From NCBI GenBank assembly GCA_046725795.1, contig JBKOZI010000020.1:1-45221 (forward strand): 45,221 nt of DNA, read 5' to 3'. The notes beneath the pieces were generated by a model, which had not been told where the DNA came from, did no database searches, and saw only the letters and a program-made list of their open reading frames with translations. The position numbers and the translations under genes were made by a program. This DNA is from Actinomycetota bacterium. Lineage in GTDB: Bacteria > Actinomycetota > Thermoleophilia > Solirubrobacterales > JBBDJG01. Positions 33,962 to 43,387 of this stretch are shown piece by piece (position 1 is the stretch's first letter; every line of letters begins with the position of its first letter).

Positions 33962-33991
33962 ATTATACGCATGCGGCCGACGAATCGGCAA
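33962..33991 (-). promoter_or_regulatory. Candidate promoter for the riboswitch transcript: -35 TTGCCG, 18-nt spacer, -10 TATAAT
   Basis: The minus strand reads TTGCCGattcgtcggccgcatgcgTATAAT, about 13 nt upstream of the aptamer 5' end. Confidence 0.6.
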
Positions 33992-34027
33992 CGAGGCCCG
34001 GGGGCTGGTTTGTAGGATGCCTGCGCT

Positions 34028-34513
34028 TTGGCCGCTGAGCGACTCTGGGCCCCCTGGAGACTCGAGTACATCAAGGGCGACAAGTCAGACGACTGCATTT
34101 TCTGCACGAAGCCGCCGCTGGACGATGAGGAGGCGTTGATCGTCCGTCGCGGCGAGCGTTGCTTCGTGATGCTGAACGCCTACCCCTACACGAGCGGCCA
34201 CGTGATGGTCGCGCCCTACGCCCACACCCCCGACCTGGCGGTGCTGGATGAGGCCACCTCGCTCGAGCTCATGTCGCTCACACAGGAATCGCTTCGAGCG
34301 ATCGGCGAGGTGTATCGCCCGGAGGGCTTCAACGTGGGCGTGAACCTCGGCACCGTCGCGGGTGCCGGCGTCGCCGACCACGTGCACATGCACGTCGTGC
34401 CGCGCTGGGAGGGCGACACGAACTTCATGACCGCGCTCGCCGACACGCGTGTCCTGCCCGAGAGCCTCGTGGACACCCAACGAAACCTGAAGGAGGCGTT
34501 CGCGCGACTGTGA
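34028..34513 (+). CDS. HIT-family nucleotide hydrolase/transferase (Ap4A-phosphorylase-like)
   Basis: LWAPWRLEYIKG, CIFC and the histidine triad HVHMHVVPRW. The TTG start lies 9 nt after TAGGAT. Confidence 0.9.
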   Translation: MAAERLWAPWRLEYIKGDKSDDCIFCTKPPLDDEEALIVRRGERCFVMLNAYPYTSGHVMVAPYAHTPDLAVLDEATSLELMSLTQESLRAIGEVYRPEGFNVGVNLGTVAGAGVADHVHMHVVPRWEGDTNFMTALADTRVLPESLVDTQRNLKEAFARL

Positions 34514-35880
34514 GCCTCGATCCCAGCATCTTCAAGGCATATGACGTTCGCGGGCTCTATCCGAGCCAGATCGACGAGGAGGTCGCCCACCGGGTCGGGC
34601 GTGCCTTCGCACGGGCGCTCGTGCAGCTGCGCGGCGGCGCCCCGCAGGGCGGCCTGCGGCTCGCGCTCGGGCACGACATGCGGCTTCACTCCCCCGCGCT
34701 CGCCGACGCCTTCACCCGCGGCCTCGTGGACGAGGGCTGCCACGTGCTCGACATCGGCATGGTCGGAACCGAGATGGTCTATAACGCGATCGGCTCGCGT
34801 GAGCTCGACGGCGGGGTGTCGGTCACCGCCTCTCACAACCCCAAGGCATGGGCCGGCTTCAAGCTCCTGCGCGAGGGGGCGCTCGCCCTCTCCGGTGACA
34901 GCGGCATCCCGGAGGTGCAGCAGGAGGCCGAGTCCGGAGACTTCTCGAGTCCCTCCGGTGAGGGCTCCGTCGAGCACGCGGACATCTACGAGGAGTTCCA
35001 GCGCTACGTGTTGGGCTTCATCGAGCCGGAGGTGATCCGGCCGATGGAGCTCGTCCTGGACGGCGGCAACGGCATGGCCGGGCCGATGATCGGCCCGATC
35101 ATCGATTCGTTCCCGGTGGTCGCGCACCGGCTCTACTTCGAGCCGAACGGCGAGTTCCCGGGCCACGAGCCGAACCCGCTCCTGCCGGAGAACCGCAAGC
35201 TCATCATCGACACGGTGCTGGAGCGCCGGGCAGGGCTCGGGATCGCCTGGGACGGCGATGGCGACCGGTGCTTCTTCGTCGACGACAACGGGGAGTTCGT
35301 GCCCGGTGACTTCATGACGGCTTTGCTCGCCCAGGCGATCCTCGCCAAGGAGCCGGGCGCCGCGATCCTGTACGACGTGCGCGCGAGCCGCGCCGTGAAG
35401 GACACCGTCGAGGCCGCGGGCGGGAAAGCTCTCGTCAACCGCGTCGGCCATGCCTTCTTCAAGACGCGCATGCGCGAGACCGGGGCCGCCTTCGGCGGCG
35501 AGGTATCGGGTCATTACTACTTCCGCGACTTCTGGTGCGCAGACTCGGGCGTGATACCGGCCCTGCTGGTGCTGGAGCTCTTGTCGGTGAGGTCGAAGAC
35601 GATGTCCGAGCTGCTCCAGCCCTATCGCGACAAATACTTCATCTCCGGTGAGATCAATTCCGAGGTCTCCGACCAGGAAGGGAAGATGCGCGAGCTCGCC
35701 GAGCGCTACTCGGACTGCCAAGTGAGTTGGCTCGACGGCGTCTCGGTCGACTGCGGCACGTGGCATTTCAACGTGCGCCCATCCAACACAGAGCCGCTGC
35801 TGCGACTCAACCTCGAGGCCTTCACGAAAGAGGAGATGGAGGCGCGCACCGAGGAGATCCTGAGCATCATCCGGTCGTGA
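34510..35880 (+). CDS. Phosphomannomutase/phosphoglucomutase (alpha-D-phosphohexomutase)
   Basis: Catalytic loop VTASHNPKAWAGFK and metal loop GIAWDGDGDR. The GTG start overlaps the HIT stop (GTGA). Confidence 0.93.
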   Translation: MSLDPSIFKAYDVRGLYPSQIDEEVAHRVGRAFARALVQLRGGAPQGGLRLALGHDMRLHSPALADAFTRGLVDEGCHVLDIGMVGTEMVYNAIGSRELDGGVSVTASHNPKAWAGFKLLREGALALSGDSGIPEVQQEAESGDFSSPSGEGSVEHADIYEEFQRYVLGFIEPEVIRPMELVLDGGNGMAGPMIGPIIDSFPVVAHRLYFEPNGEFPGHEPNPLLPENRKLIIDTVLERRAGLGIAWDGDGDRCFFVDDNGEFVPGDFMTALLAQAILAKEPGAAILYDVRASRAVKDTVEAAGGKALVNRVGHAFFKTRMRETGAAFGGEVSGHYYFRDFWCADSGVIPALLVLELLSVRSKTMSELLQPYRDKYFISGEINSEVSDQEGKMRELAERYSDCQVSWLDGVSVDCGTWHFNVRPSNTEPLLRLNLEAFTKEEMEARTEEILSIIRS

Positions 35881-36908
35881 AAGGAGGGGCCGGCTCGACG
35901 CTCTCCGGCGACGACGCGCTCGTGCGCGCAGCCGATGCGGGAATCCACGTCCTGCGGATCCCGACGCCTTTCGCGGTCGGGCGGGTCAACGCCTACCTGA
36001 TCGAGGACGAGCCGCTGACGCTCGTCGACTCGGGGCCGAACTCCGGCCGGGCGCTCGACGAGCTGCAACACCAGCTCGCCGAGCATGGCCGCTCGATCGA
36101 CGACATCGAGCTGATCGTGCTGACCCATCAGCACATGGACCATCTCGGCCTTGTCGACATCATCGCCGGGCACTCCGGGGCCGAGGTGGCGGCGATCGAC
36201 AAGCTGGCCGGCTACGTCGGCGACTTCTCGCACGCCGCCGCCCGCGACGACGAGTTCGCCGCCGGCGTGATGCTGCGCAACGGCATCTCCGAGGACGTGG
36301 TCCAGGCGCTGCGGCAGGTCTCATCCGCATTTCGGGCCTGGGGCAGCAAAGCGAGCGTGACGCGCCCGCTCGCCGACGGCGAGGTGTTGAAGCTTCGCGA
36401 CCGGGAGCTACGTGTCTTTCACCGGCCCGGGCACAGTCCATCCGACACGATCTTCTGGGACGAGCGGCGGCGGATCCTGATCGCGGCCGACCACCTGATC
36501 AAGCACATCTCGTCGAATCCCCTGATCTCGAGGTCGCTCGACGACGCCGAGACCTCACCTCGCGAGCGCCCGCAGGCGCTCGTCACCTACCTCGAGTCGT
36601 TGCGCCGGACGCGCGAGCTGCCCGCGGATATCGTGCTCTCGGGCCACGGCGACCCGATCACCGACCACGTCGCCCTGATCGACGAGCGCTTCGACCTGCA
36701 CCGGCGGCGAGCCGACAAGATCCACGACCTGATCGCGGAGCGGCCGCGCACCGGGTACGAGCTCGCGCAGGCGCTCTTCGGCGACATCGCCGTCACGCAG
36801 GCCTACCTGACGCTCTCCGAGGTGCTGGGCCACGTCGACCTGCTGCTGAACGACGGCCGCGCGCGCGAGGTCGAGCGCGACGGCGTCGCGTACTTCGAGA
36901 CGGCCTAG
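35877..36908 (+). CDS. MBL-fold metallo-hydrolase with a winged-helix-like C-terminus
   Basis: VLTHQHMDHLGL and HRPGHSP. The GTG start overlaps the upstream stop (GTGA). The track start at 35727 is spurious. Confidence 0.85.
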   Translation: MKGGAGSTLSGDDALVRAADAGIHVLRIPTPFAVGRVNAYLIEDEPLTLVDSGPNSGRALDELQHQLAEHGRSIDDIELIVLTHQHMDHLGLVDIIAGHSGAEVAAIDKLAGYVGDFSHAAARDDEFAAGVMLRNGISEDVVQALRQVSSAFRAWGSKASVTRPLADGEVLKLRDRELRVFHRPGHSPSDTIFWDERRRILIAADHLIKHISSNPLISRSLDDAETSPRERPQALVTYLESLRRTRELPADIVLSGHGDPITDHVALIDERFDLHRRRADKIHDLIAERPRTGYELAQALFGDIAVTQAYLTLSEVLGHVDLLLNDGRAREVERDGVAYFETA

Positions 36909-36962
36909 CCTCGCTGTAACCTGCGGTCGCAGCGGGGGTTGTCACCTCCGTAGTCCCTTTTC

Positions 36963-37976
36963 ATGAGCTCGACCATCACCAGTCCAGTCGACGCTGAGCT
37001 CGCGCGGCTCACGACCACGGCGATCGCTCCTCGCTCGGGCGCGTCGAAGCTCCGCATGTTCCTGATCGTGAATCCGCGGGCGACGACCGTCTCCAGCCGT
37101 CTCAAGAACCTGGTCGTGTACGCGCTCCGCGGACGGTACGACGTGGACGCCGTCGAGACCGAAGGCCGCAACCACGCGACCGCGATGGCGCGGGAGGCCG
37201 TCGCGGGCGAATACGACCTGGTGGTCGCATTCGGCGGCGACGGAACCCTGAACGAGGCCGCGAACGGCCTCGCGCGCTCGAACGTCCCGCTGACGATCCT
37301 CCCGGGCGGCTGCACCAACGTGGTCTGCCGCATGCTCGGGATCCCGACCGACATCGTGGATGCGACCGAGCACCTGCTCCAGCTGGCGGACGCGCCCATT
37401 CCCCGCCCGATCGACCTGGGACGCGTGAACGGGCGCTACTTCGTCTTCTCGAGCGGCGCCGGCCTCGACGCCGACGCCACGCGCTGGGTGGACGAGCGCC
37501 AGGCGATCAAGGCGCGTGGCCGGGTGCTCACGTTCGGCTACGCCGCGACCGCCGCCTTCCTTCGCGACTACCGCGGCCGGCCGCCGCGTCTCTGCCTCGA
37601 GGCCGGCGGCGAGCGGGTCATGGGAGTGAGCGCGTTCTGCCAGAACTCGCGGCCGTTCACCTACGCGCGGTCGAAGCCGCTCCACGTCTGCGAAGACGTC
37701 GCCTTCGACAGCGGCACGATCTCGACGATGGTGATGGAGCGGGCGGGAATGCGGGAAGTGCCCGGTGCCCTGTGGCGCCTTTTCCGGGAAGGCAAGAGCC
37801 TCGCCGAGCACCCCAAGGCCCGCAGCTTTCCCCGCCTCACCGAAGCGCGCGTGACGTCGCTGGAGGCCGGCGGCGAGCCGATTCCGTTCCCGCTCGAGGT
37901 CGACGGCGACTATCTCGGGGAGCACACGGAAGCGCTGTACGGCGTGGCGCCCCGAGCCCTTCGGATTGTCGCGTAA
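36963..37976 (+). CDS. Diacylglycerol-kinase-family lipid kinase (YegS/DagK-like)
   Basis: MFLIVNPRA and VVAFGGDGTLNEAANGL. 337 aa. Confidence 0.88.
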   Translation: MSSTITSPVDAELARLTTTAIAPRSGASKLRMFLIVNPRATTVSSRLKNLVVYALRGRYDVDAVETEGRNHATAMAREAVAGEYDLVVAFGGDGTLNEAANGLARSNVPLTILPGGCTNVVCRMLGIPTDIVDATEHLLQLADAPIPRPIDLGRVNGRYFVFSSGAGLDADATRWVDERQAIKARGRVLTFGYAATAAFLRDYRGRPPRLCLEAGGERVMGVSAFCQNSRPFTYARSKPLHVCEDVAFDSGTISTMVMERAGMREVPGALWRLFREGKSLAEHPKARSFPRLTEARVTSLEAGGEPIPFPLEVDGDYLGEHTEALYGVAPRALRIVA

Positions 37977-37979
37977 GCC

Positions 37980-40487
37980 CTAGCCGCCCGGAATGACGCG
38001 GTACGCGTCGAACACCGAGTCCACGTTGCGCAGGCGGGCCACGCAGTTCTTCAGTGACGTCGTGTCGCCCACCTCGACCACGAAGCGGTTCTTCACCATC
38101 GGGTGGTCGACGATGCAACGAGCCTCGAGGATGTTGATGCCCGCCTCGGCGAAGGTGCGGGACAGGTCCTCCAGCAGCCGCGTGCGGTCCCAGGCGTCGA
38201 CCTGCAGCTCGACCCGGAACGACGTCTCGTTGACGCCCTCCCAGGAGACCTGCGTGAAGCGCTCGGGGTCGCGCATCAGCTGCACGACGTTCTTGCAGTC
38301 GGTGCGGTGGATCGTGATGCCGCGGCCGAGCGAGATGTAGCCCACGATCTCGTCGCCCGGCACCGGCCGGCAGCACTTCGCAAGTCGCACCATGACGTCG
38401 TCGATGCCTTCGACCCGGATGCCGTAGCCGGTCGCGGTGCCTTCGGGACGGGTACGTTCGTCCCGGCCGCTCACGAGCCCCTCGCCCGGCTGCTCCTCGG
38501 CGACGGCCTCGCCCTGCTTCAACCGCTGGAGCAGCTTGTTGGTGACGACGCGGGCCGAGATCTTGGCCTGGCCAAGAGCGACGTAGAAGTCGTCGGCCTT
38601 CCTGAAGCCCATCTCGCGGATCACGTCTGCGAGCAGCGGCGAGCCCGTGATCTTCTGCGCCGGGAGCCCTTGCTTGCGGAGCGTCTCCTGCAGGAGCTCG
38701 CGACCGCGGTGCTCGGAGTCCTCGCGGCGCTCGCGGGTGAACCACGCGCGGATCTTGTTGCGCGCGCGCGTGGTCTTGACCAGCGAGAGCCAGTCCCGCG
38801 ACGGCCCCCGCTCCTGCTTCGAAGTCAGGATCTCGACGATGTCGCCGGACTGGAGGCGGTAATGGAGCGGCGTGATCTTGCCGTTCACCTTCGCGCCCAC
38901 GCAGCGGTGGCCGACATCCGTGTGGACCGCGTAGGCGAAGTCGAGCGGCGTCGCGCCCGCGGCGAGCGACTTCACCTCACCACGCGGCGTGAACACGAAG
39001 ACCTCGTCCTCGAAGAGGTCGATCTTGAGCGTCTCCATGAACTCGCGCGGGTCCTGGAGCTCCTCCTGCCAGTCGAGCAGGTGCCGCAGCCAGGGCGGCT
39101 TGGCCTCGCCGCCGGCCTCGATGTCGGTGTCGCCGTTCGCATCCTTGGGTGGAGGGACGCTACGCCCGTCCCGCCTGGACGCCACGCTCCTCTTGTAGAT
39201 CCAGTGCGCGGCGACTCCGTACTCGGCGGTGAAGTGCATCTGCCGCGTGCGGATCTGAATCTCGAGCGGTCGCCCCTCGGGCCCGATCACGGTCGTGTGC
39301 AAGGCCTGGTAGAGGTTGAACTTGGGCATCGCGACGTAGTCCTTGAACCGGCCCGGCAGCGGCTTCCACAGAGAGTGGATGATCCCGATCGCGCCGTAGC
39401 AGTCCTTGACCGAGTCGACGATCACGCGCATCGCGGTGAGGTCGTAGATCTCGTTGAACTCGCGGCCCTTCTTGGTCATCTTCGCGTAGATCGAATAGAA
39501 GTGCTTCGCGCGCCCGGAGACGTCGGCCTCGATCCCGACCGCCTCCAGCTCCTGTTTCAGGTACCGGCCGGCGCGCTCGACATAGCTCTCGCGCTCGGTC
39601 CGCTGCTGGCTGACGAGTGACTTGATCTCGCTGTACTTGCGCGGGTGGAGCGAGGAGAAAGCAAGGTCCTCGAGCTCCCACTTGATCGAATGGATGCCGA
39701 GGCGGTGCGCAAGGGGCGCAAAGATGTCGAGCGTCTCCTTGGCCTTTTCGATCTGCTTCTGCTTCGGCAGCCCCTCGAGCGTGCGCATGTTGTGGAGGCG
39801 GTCGGCCAGCTTGATCAGGATCACCCTGATGTCGCTGGCCATCGCGACCATCATCTTCCGGTAGTTCTCGGCCTGTTGCTCGTCGCGACTCTGGAAGGTG
39901 ATGCCGGTCAGCTTCGTGACGCCGTCGACGAGCTGACATACCTCCTCGCCGAAGGCAGACCGCACGTCGTCGAGGCAGGCGCTTGTGTCCTCGACCGTGT
40001 CGTGGAGCAGCGCGGCACAGATCGTGTCGGTGTCGAGCCGCATGCCTGCGCAGATCTTCGCGACGCCGACCGGGTGCGTGATGAAGTCCTCGCCGGACTT
40101 GCGCTGCTGGTCGGCATGGCGCTCGCAGGAGAAGCGGAACGCCTCCGCGACACGTGCCTTGTCGACCGGCTCGATCGCGTCGTGGGCGTGCTCCTCGATC
40201 AGAGCGAAGAGGTCGATCAGGAGCGCCCGTTCCTGCTCGGGCAGGCCCTCCGCGAGCTCGGCGTCCGTGGGCGCCTTTACCAGCGGCGAGTCGATCACGC
40301 CCACACGCACGTGCGCGTCGGGCAGCCTCGTGCCGCGCTCGGCTCCGTTGCCGTCCGCGGCGATGTCGCCGCCGCTTGCCGCTATGCCGCCTGTGGCACC
40401 CGAAGGCTCGTCGTTCGCGCGGCCGTTGGTGGTGTCTGTTCGCTCAGAAATCGAAGCCCCTCTTCGCAGCGGCGGGCGTAAGCGCAA
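37980..40487 (-). CDS. relA: Bifunctional (p)ppGpp synthetase/hydrolase Rel
   Basis: HD domain HPVGVA...LLHDTVEDT, synthetase region ALHTTVIGPEGRPLEIQIRT, and TGS and ACT regions. The only canonical starts are TTG 40487, which overlaps recJ by 106 nt, and GTG 40310. High GC3 in 40311-40381 favours the longer form. Confidence 0.9.
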   Translation of the reverse strand: MRLRPPLRRGASISERTDTTNGRANDEPSGATGGIAASGGDIAADGNGAERGTRLPDAHVRVGVIDSPLVKAPTDAELAEGLPEQERALLIDLFALIEEHAHDAIEPVDKARVAEAFRFSCERHADQQRKSGEDFITHPVGVAKICAGMRLDTDTICAALLHDTVEDTSACLDDVRSAFGEEVCQLVDGVTKLTGITFQSRDEQQAENYRKMMVAMASDIRVILIKLADRLHNMRTLEGLPKQKQIEKAKETLDIFAPLAHRLGIHSIKWELEDLAFSSLHPRKYSEIKSLVSQQRTERESYVERAGRYLKQELEAVGIEADVSGRAKHFYSIYAKMTKKGREFNEIYDLTAMRVIVDSVKDCYGAIGIIHSLWKPLPGRFKDYVAMPKFNLYQALHTTVIGPEGRPLEIQIRTRQMHFTAEYGVAAHWIYKRSVASRRDGRSVPPPKDANGDTDIEAGGEAKPPWLRHLLDWQEELQDPREFMETLKIDLFEDEVFVFTPRGEVKSLAAGATPLDFAYAVHTDVGHRCVGAKVNGKITPLHYRLQSGDIVEILTSKQERGPSRDWLSLVKTTRARNKIRAWFTRERREDSEHRGRELLQETLRKQGLPAQKITGSPLLADVIREMGFRKADDFYVALGQAKISARVVTNKLLQRLKQGEAVAEEQPGEGLVSGRDERTRPEGTATGYGIRVEGIDDVMVRLAKCCRPVPGDEIVGYISLGRGITIHRTDCKNVVQLMRDPERFTQVSWEGVNETSFRVELQVDAWDRTRLLEDLSRTFAEAGINILEARCIVDHPMVKNRFVVEVGDTTSLKNCVARLRNVDSVFDAYRVIPGG

Positions 40488-43015
40488 AATGCGCTCGAGC
40501 GCTGCAGCTCGACCCGCTCTTCACTGGTGATCGTGCATCTAACGGTAGCGCTTGAGCGCTCCAGAGCGACGAGGCCAAGTTCGCCCATCACGCGCAGGCA
40601 ACGTGCGGCGTGGACGGGGCTTCTGGGATGCGCGCCCTCGCCCACGAGCACTGTCTCGAGCGCATCGTCCGAGAGCGTGCCGCCGGCGGCCGAAAGTGCC
40701 CGGTAGAGAGACGCGAGCGAGGGGCGCAATCCGAAGTCGTGCTCCAGGACCTTGCGAGAAAACTCCAACTCAGGGTGTCCCCAGCCCTGGTGCAAGAAGC
40801 TCTCGGTGCCTCCGGACGCTCCCTCGAAGAGAAGCTCCGCGACGCGCGGGAAGGGAGGCGGGTCGAGCACGAACACGTGCCGGAAGCGGGCCGCGAGCCC
40901 GGGGTTGCGCTCGAGCGCGGCGTGCTCGGCGACACAGAGCGCCCCGGCGAAGCCGCCCGGCTCCGCCACGGCTGCGTTCGCACATCGCGCCGAGGCGCAT
41001 GCGAGAGGGGGCCTGCCGAAACGCTCTGCGGACAGCTCGCGCGTGAACAGGGCGCGCCGGCGGGAGACATCCGCGCACGCGACCAGGAGTGCCTCGCCGC
41101 TGCTGAGCAACTCCGACAGTGTGCCCAGCACTCCTTCACCGCGGCGGTCGAGCACCGTCCGCGCATGCTCGGCTCGCGGTGTGGCTGCGGCCGCGTGCTC
41201 GAGCGGCGCCGCCAGCTCCTCGAAAACGGCATCCCACCAGTGCTCTGAACCCGCGCGGCAGGAGCAGCTCGCGCAGCCGCTCCCCGCGTCTCCGTCCGGC
41301 TCTGGAACGGGATGAACTGCGTTCACTACCAGGCGTGGCTCAACCGCGCCGGCCCATTCGTTGACTTCGAGTCGCGCGGTGATGTCGTGCCGCCGCGCCT
41401 CCTCGGGGCTGCCGGCGACCGCCTCGCTCAAGCTGTTCCCGACCCCGAACGCGACCGCGCGCGCGCGGACGCCCGCCGAGCTCACAGTGAAGCGCGCATG
41501 CTTGCCCTCGCCCATCGGGCGAAGCTCGGCGAGTCGCGCACCCGGCAGGAGCAGCCGCACGGGCGGGTTCCCCATCCCGAACGGCCTCATCGCCTGAAGC
41601 TGCTCGGCGAGCTCGAGGCATACGGCGTCGCCGGGGACGATTGCGTCGACCTCCTCGGTTCGAACTAGGTCCTCCGGCTGAAGCGAGGCGCGCGCGTGCT
41701 CGAGCAGCGCGGCGCGGAACGCCTCGAGGTTTTCCTCGGCGATCTCCAGCCCGGCCGCCATCCGATGGCCGCCGAAGCGGTCGAGGTGGTGCGCGGCGCT
41801 CGCCAGTCCCGCGTGCAGGTCGTAGGGAGCAATGCTGCGTGCCGAGCCGCGGCCGCGGCCGGACCCGTCGAGGCCGATCAGCACGAACGGGCGGTGATGA
41901 CGCTCCACCAGCCGTGAGGCGACGATGCCGACGACACCCGGATGCCAGCCTTCGCCCGCGAGCACATGGGCCGGCTCATCGAGCCGCTCGGGGGCGGACG
42001 CGAGCTGCTCCTCGGCCTCGATCAGGATCGCGCTCTCGACGCCCTGCCGCTCGCTGTTCACAGCGTCGAGCTCCCGCGCGATCTCGCGGGCGCGGCCCTC
42101 GTCGTCGGTGAGCATCAGCTCCAGTCCCGCGTCCGCGCGGTAAAGACGGCCGGCCGCGTTGATGCGCGGTGCCAGCCCGAACCCGAGCGTCTGCTCGTTG
42201 ACGCTCTGGGGGTCGACTCCCCCGACTCGCATCAGCTCGCGCAGTCCAGGACGGCGCGCGCCGGAGAGGGCCCGCAAGCCCCGGCGCACCAGCGCCCGGT
42301 TCTCGCCCCGGAGGGGTACGAGGTCGGCGACGGTCGCGAGCGCGACCATGTCGAGCTCGCGCTCGAGTGCCACCGGCTCGCGTCCGGCCGCCGTGAACAG
42401 CGCCTCGGCCAGCTTGTACGCGACCCCGGTCGCGCAGAGCTCCTCACACGGGTATCCGCAGACGACCGGGTGGATCACCGGACAGTCCGGCAGCCGGTCG
42501 CCGGGACGGTGGTGGTCCGTGACGATGACGTCCATCCCGAGCGAGCGCGCGTGCGCGACCTCCTCGACCGCGCCGATTCCGCAGTCCACAGTCACGAGCA
42601 GGCCGGCGCCCCTGGCCCGCAGCTCCTCGACCGTCCGGCGCGAAAGGCCGTAGCCGTCCTCTGAGCGGCTCGGAAGGCGTGCCCGCACGTCGGCGCCGAG
42701 ATCGCGAAGGGTGCGGACGAGCAGCGCGGTCGAGCACACGCCGTCGACGTCGTAGTCCCCGTGCACCGCGATTGGACCGCCCTGTCCGGCGTGAGAGAGC
42801 ATCAGCTCGACTGCGTCCTGCATGCCGTCGAAGGCGAACGGGTCGTGCGCATCGGCCGCGTCCAGGAAGGCGAGCGCCTCAGCGGGCTCGGGTAACCCTC
42901 GCCGCACCAGCACCGTCGCGAGCGTCTCGCTCAACCCGAGCTCCCGCGCGAGTACGAGCGCGTCCGCGTAGGAGTAGGGAGCCGCATGCCAGCGGCCGTC
43001 ACGGCTGACGGTCAC
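40382..43015 (-). CDS. recJ: Single-stranded-DNA-specific exonuclease RecJ with a long C-terminal extension
   Basis: VHGDYDVDGV, VTVDCG, IVTDHHRPG (DHH) and DHHA1 GGHRMAAG motifs. 877 aa. Confidence 0.92.
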   Translation of the reverse strand: MTVSRDGRWHAAPYSYADALVLARELGLSETLATVLVRRGLPEPAEALAFLDAADAHDPFAFDGMQDAVELMLSHAGQGGPIAVHGDYDVDGVCSTALLVRTLRDLGADVRARLPSRSEDGYGLSRRTVEELRARGAGLLVTVDCGIGAVEEVAHARSLGMDVIVTDHHRPGDRLPDCPVIHPVVCGYPCEELCATGVAYKLAEALFTAAGREPVALERELDMVALATVADLVPLRGENRALVRRGLRALSGARRPGLRELMRVGGVDPQSVNEQTLGFGLAPRINAAGRLYRADAGLELMLTDDEGRAREIARELDAVNSERQGVESAILIEAEEQLASAPERLDEPAHVLAGEGWHPGVVGIVASRLVERHHRPFVLIGLDGSGRGRGSARSIAPYDLHAGLASAAHHLDRFGGHRMAAGLEIAEENLEAFRAALLEHARASLQPEDLVRTEEVDAIVPGDAVCLELAEQLQAMRPFGMGNPPVRLLLPGARLAELRPMGEGKHARFTVSSAGVRARAVAFGVGNSLSEAVAGSPEEARRHDITARLEVNEWAGAVEPRLVVNAVHPVPEPDGDAGSGCASCSCRAGSEHWWDAVFEELAAPLEHAAAATPRAEHARTVLDRRGEGVLGTLSELLSSGEALLVACADVSRRRALFTRELSAERFGRPPLACASARCANAAVAEPGGFAGALCVAEHAALERNPGLAARFRHVFVLDPPPFPRVAELLFEGASGGTESFLHQGWGHPELEFSRKVLEHDFGLRPSLASLYRALSAAGGTLSDDALETVLVGEGAHPRSPVHAARCLRVMGELGLVALERSSATVRCTITSEERVELQRSSAFCAYARRCEEGLRFLSEQTPPTAARTTSLRVPQAA

Positions 43016-43099
43016 CGACCGATGCTAGGAAGGCCGGAGGACGGAACCGCTGTGGCGGTCGCGAGCACCGACATCCTCGCGGCCGGCGGAATCGCGCGG

Positions 43100-43369
43100 C
43101 TAGCGCCGGTGGGCCAGGTGCGGGTCTTCGCGCCGCAACCCGATGAAGTAGCAGGCCGCGAGTCCGGCGATCGCCCCGGGGGTCGCCTCGAGCGCCGTGG
43201 CAAGGCTCGGATCGTCGATCTCGCCGGTGGCGAGCGCCAGCCCGATCACGACCGCGCCGACGATCGCGAAGCCGAAGGCCCCGACGATCCCGCCCCAGAA
43301 GTGGTCCGGCACGAAGACCGCGAAGTGCCAGATCGCGATGCCCATCATGACCCAGACGAGGAAGTTCAA
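43100..43369 (-). CDS. GlsB/YeaQ/YmgE-family small membrane protein
   Basis: 89 aa. FLVWVMMGIAIWHFAVFVPDHFWGGIVGAFGFAIVGAVVIG is the typical transglycosylase-associated family pattern. Confidence 0.85.
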   Translation of the reverse strand: MNFLVWVMMGIAIWHFAVFVPDHFWGGIVGAFGFAIVGAVVIGLALATGEIDDPSLATALEATPGAIAGLAACYFIGLRREDPHLAHRR

Positions 43370-43387
43370 CGTCGCCTCACTACGGCC

